A DNA stretch of 64,000 nt, from positions 2,480,001 through 2,544,000 of the forward strand of contig NC_134036.1 in NCBI RefSeq assembly GCF_964204645.1, written 5' to 3'. The position numbers and the translations under genes are program-made. The notes beneath the pieces were generated by a model. That model was not told the DNA's origin and ran no database searches. It saw nothing but the letters and a program-made list of their open reading frames with translations. This document shows positions 62,101 to 64,000 of the stretch, piece after piece (the stretch's first letter is position 1; each line of letters opens with the position of its first letter). The stretch is from Tubulanus polymorphus. Lineage: Eukaryota; Animalia; Nemertea.

Positions 62101-64000
62101 TTCCCACAATCCGCTCTGAGAGAGGTTGCCGTGCGATACGTACGTAATTGTTGAGATTCAAAATCACTCAACAATGGTGTTCCGTTTTTTAACACCCTCT
62201 CGACACATTACGGGAATGTTGAGCGTAGGAACGGATCCATGTTCTAACTTTGACTACCTCGCAAAAGGGGACTTTTTCAAAAAAGGTACATTAGGAATCT
62301 ACCCGATAAGCCATATTCAATTTGTCTCATATGTTCATGATTGCTTCTTAAGTTTTCGAAAATACTCGGAATTTGTCCTGCCTTTCTTCAAAAAGGGCAT
62401 TTTAAATTTTTGAGGCATCCTGGATTTACCCTGCAGAAAGAACATTGCAGTAACTTTTCTGCAAGTTTTTCTGTGACCTCGTAGATTTAGATTTATATGT
62501 AGATGCAGCGGGACTAAATACAATCTGATCGATCTAAATTTTTCGTGCTTTATCGTATTCAAATTTATGAATCATCTTGTTATGATTTTATCGATTTCGT
62601 AACGGACGGTTATTTTTGTTACGATGCGATTTGTTGGATCTAGATTCAAATCGCTCTATGAACGTCCCCGAGAGTCTAATTACACGATTTAGATCACACG
62701 AGACCGAATCATTTTGTGATCACGATCGCGGGATTATTTCCGGATTATCGGTGTCAGATTTCATTGATAAATCGTCAACTAATTTCACTCGGGGGGCACG
62801 AAACTTTTAAATTTTATGGAATAATCTACTTCATAATCTTCAGGGGGTACAGTTGCTCAAAAGTTGGTTAAATAGTGATAACATAGATAACCAGTGGATA
62901 GTTAACATGGTGACAATCAAAACTTAATTGTTATGCTATCTATCTGGCTGGGGCTGTAGTTGCTCAAAATAATGCTGGTTAGAGTTAACCAGTGGATGTT
63001 GAAATAGTGGCGTTTGAAACCTAATTGTTGCTATGGTATTTATCTGGGGGCTGCAGTATTTTCCACACGGAAGCAACCATATTTTCCGGACAAGCCTTAA
63101 TGGTCACGTCTATTTTGTCATTTTTGGAAATGCCTATATCCCCAATTGAATTGATGATATAATTGTTGGAATAAGGAGTTTGTCATAGTCATTGAAGTGC
63201 CTATGTTGCAAAATACTCTGTAAATTTGAGCCAATAGAATAATGATGTCTTCTGAGGATTTCATGGATTTTGCCATCTTTTGCCAAATGAAATAATGATG
63301 TCATTTGGGCATTTGTGAAGTTTGCCTTTTTTTAATTGCTTATGTTGCTCAAACAGTTGATGATATCAAAGAAGCATTGACCGATGTTGCCATCTTATCC
63401 AAAGCGTATCTGTCAATCAAGGGGTTAAGGCTCTCAGGAACACCTTTCATATTTTTGAACGAATCAGTAATCAACAGTAAGGCCTTCAGTAACATCTTTC
63501 ACATTTCTGTTCAAATCACTCAGTAATCAAGAATGGTACAGTCATTGGGGAATTTATGGAGTTTGCCTGCATTTTGTAAGTGCCTGATGTCAACAAATTA
63601 ATCGGTGATGTCTTTTGGAGATTTATGAAGGTATCATTTGAGTGGCCATCTTGTCTGGATTGTTTTCATTGTTTTTTATTTGATATATCACTGATACGTA
63701 AATGAAGATACTGGTACAATGATGATATTATCTTTCACTGCTAGATCGGACCGTCGAGAGAAGGTCAACGAACTAAATCTCCAGCAGACAAGAGAAATGT
63801 CGTTTTAAACTCCGGCTGTATCCAATCGTCCGAGAACAACAAAGAGATAACATGCGGTCTAACCGTTTAGTGAGCGATAGCGGAAACGTGTCCTGGCGGT
63901 AAATAGTACGCGCAATTAATGCGTAGTTTCCGATGTGTGATAGGGATAGCGATAAATGAGCAATGGGACTAATCCCTACTCGCGAGTGCACCTTTTATCT

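Overview
Eukaryotic (animal, probably marine invertebrate/lophotrochozoan-like) genomic DNA with GT-AG introns. Genes assembled by hand, all on the + strand: two near-identical single-coding-exon class A GPCRs in a ~2.6 kb tandem duplication (679-1740, 3320-4381); an ER FKBP7/FKBP14-type protein with two EF-hands and HDEL, carrying a ~480-aa low-complexity (Q/G/P/H) N-terminal insert and a degenerate PPIase pocket (6213-10274); proteasome subunit PSMB4/beta7 (12180-17220); a divergent Rab GTPase (19893-22899); a 33-exon receptor tyrosine phosphatase (EGF-like, F-type lectin, EGF-like, FN3 repeats, TM, D1, D2; 24802-34605) whose D1 catalytic Cys is Gly and whose frame is broken by a single 7-bp duplication; and a METTL24-like type II membrane methyltransferase (43670-48011). 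The last ~13 kb has no convincing multi-exon gene apart from one possible minus-strand terminal exon, but it holds CTCF-, YY1/ETS- and CRE-like motifs. Introns and intergenic DNA carry a tRNA-derived SINE, several MITE families (Harbinger-like, piggyBac-like, foldback) and mini/microsatellites. All family assignments come from motif recognition; no database search was run.
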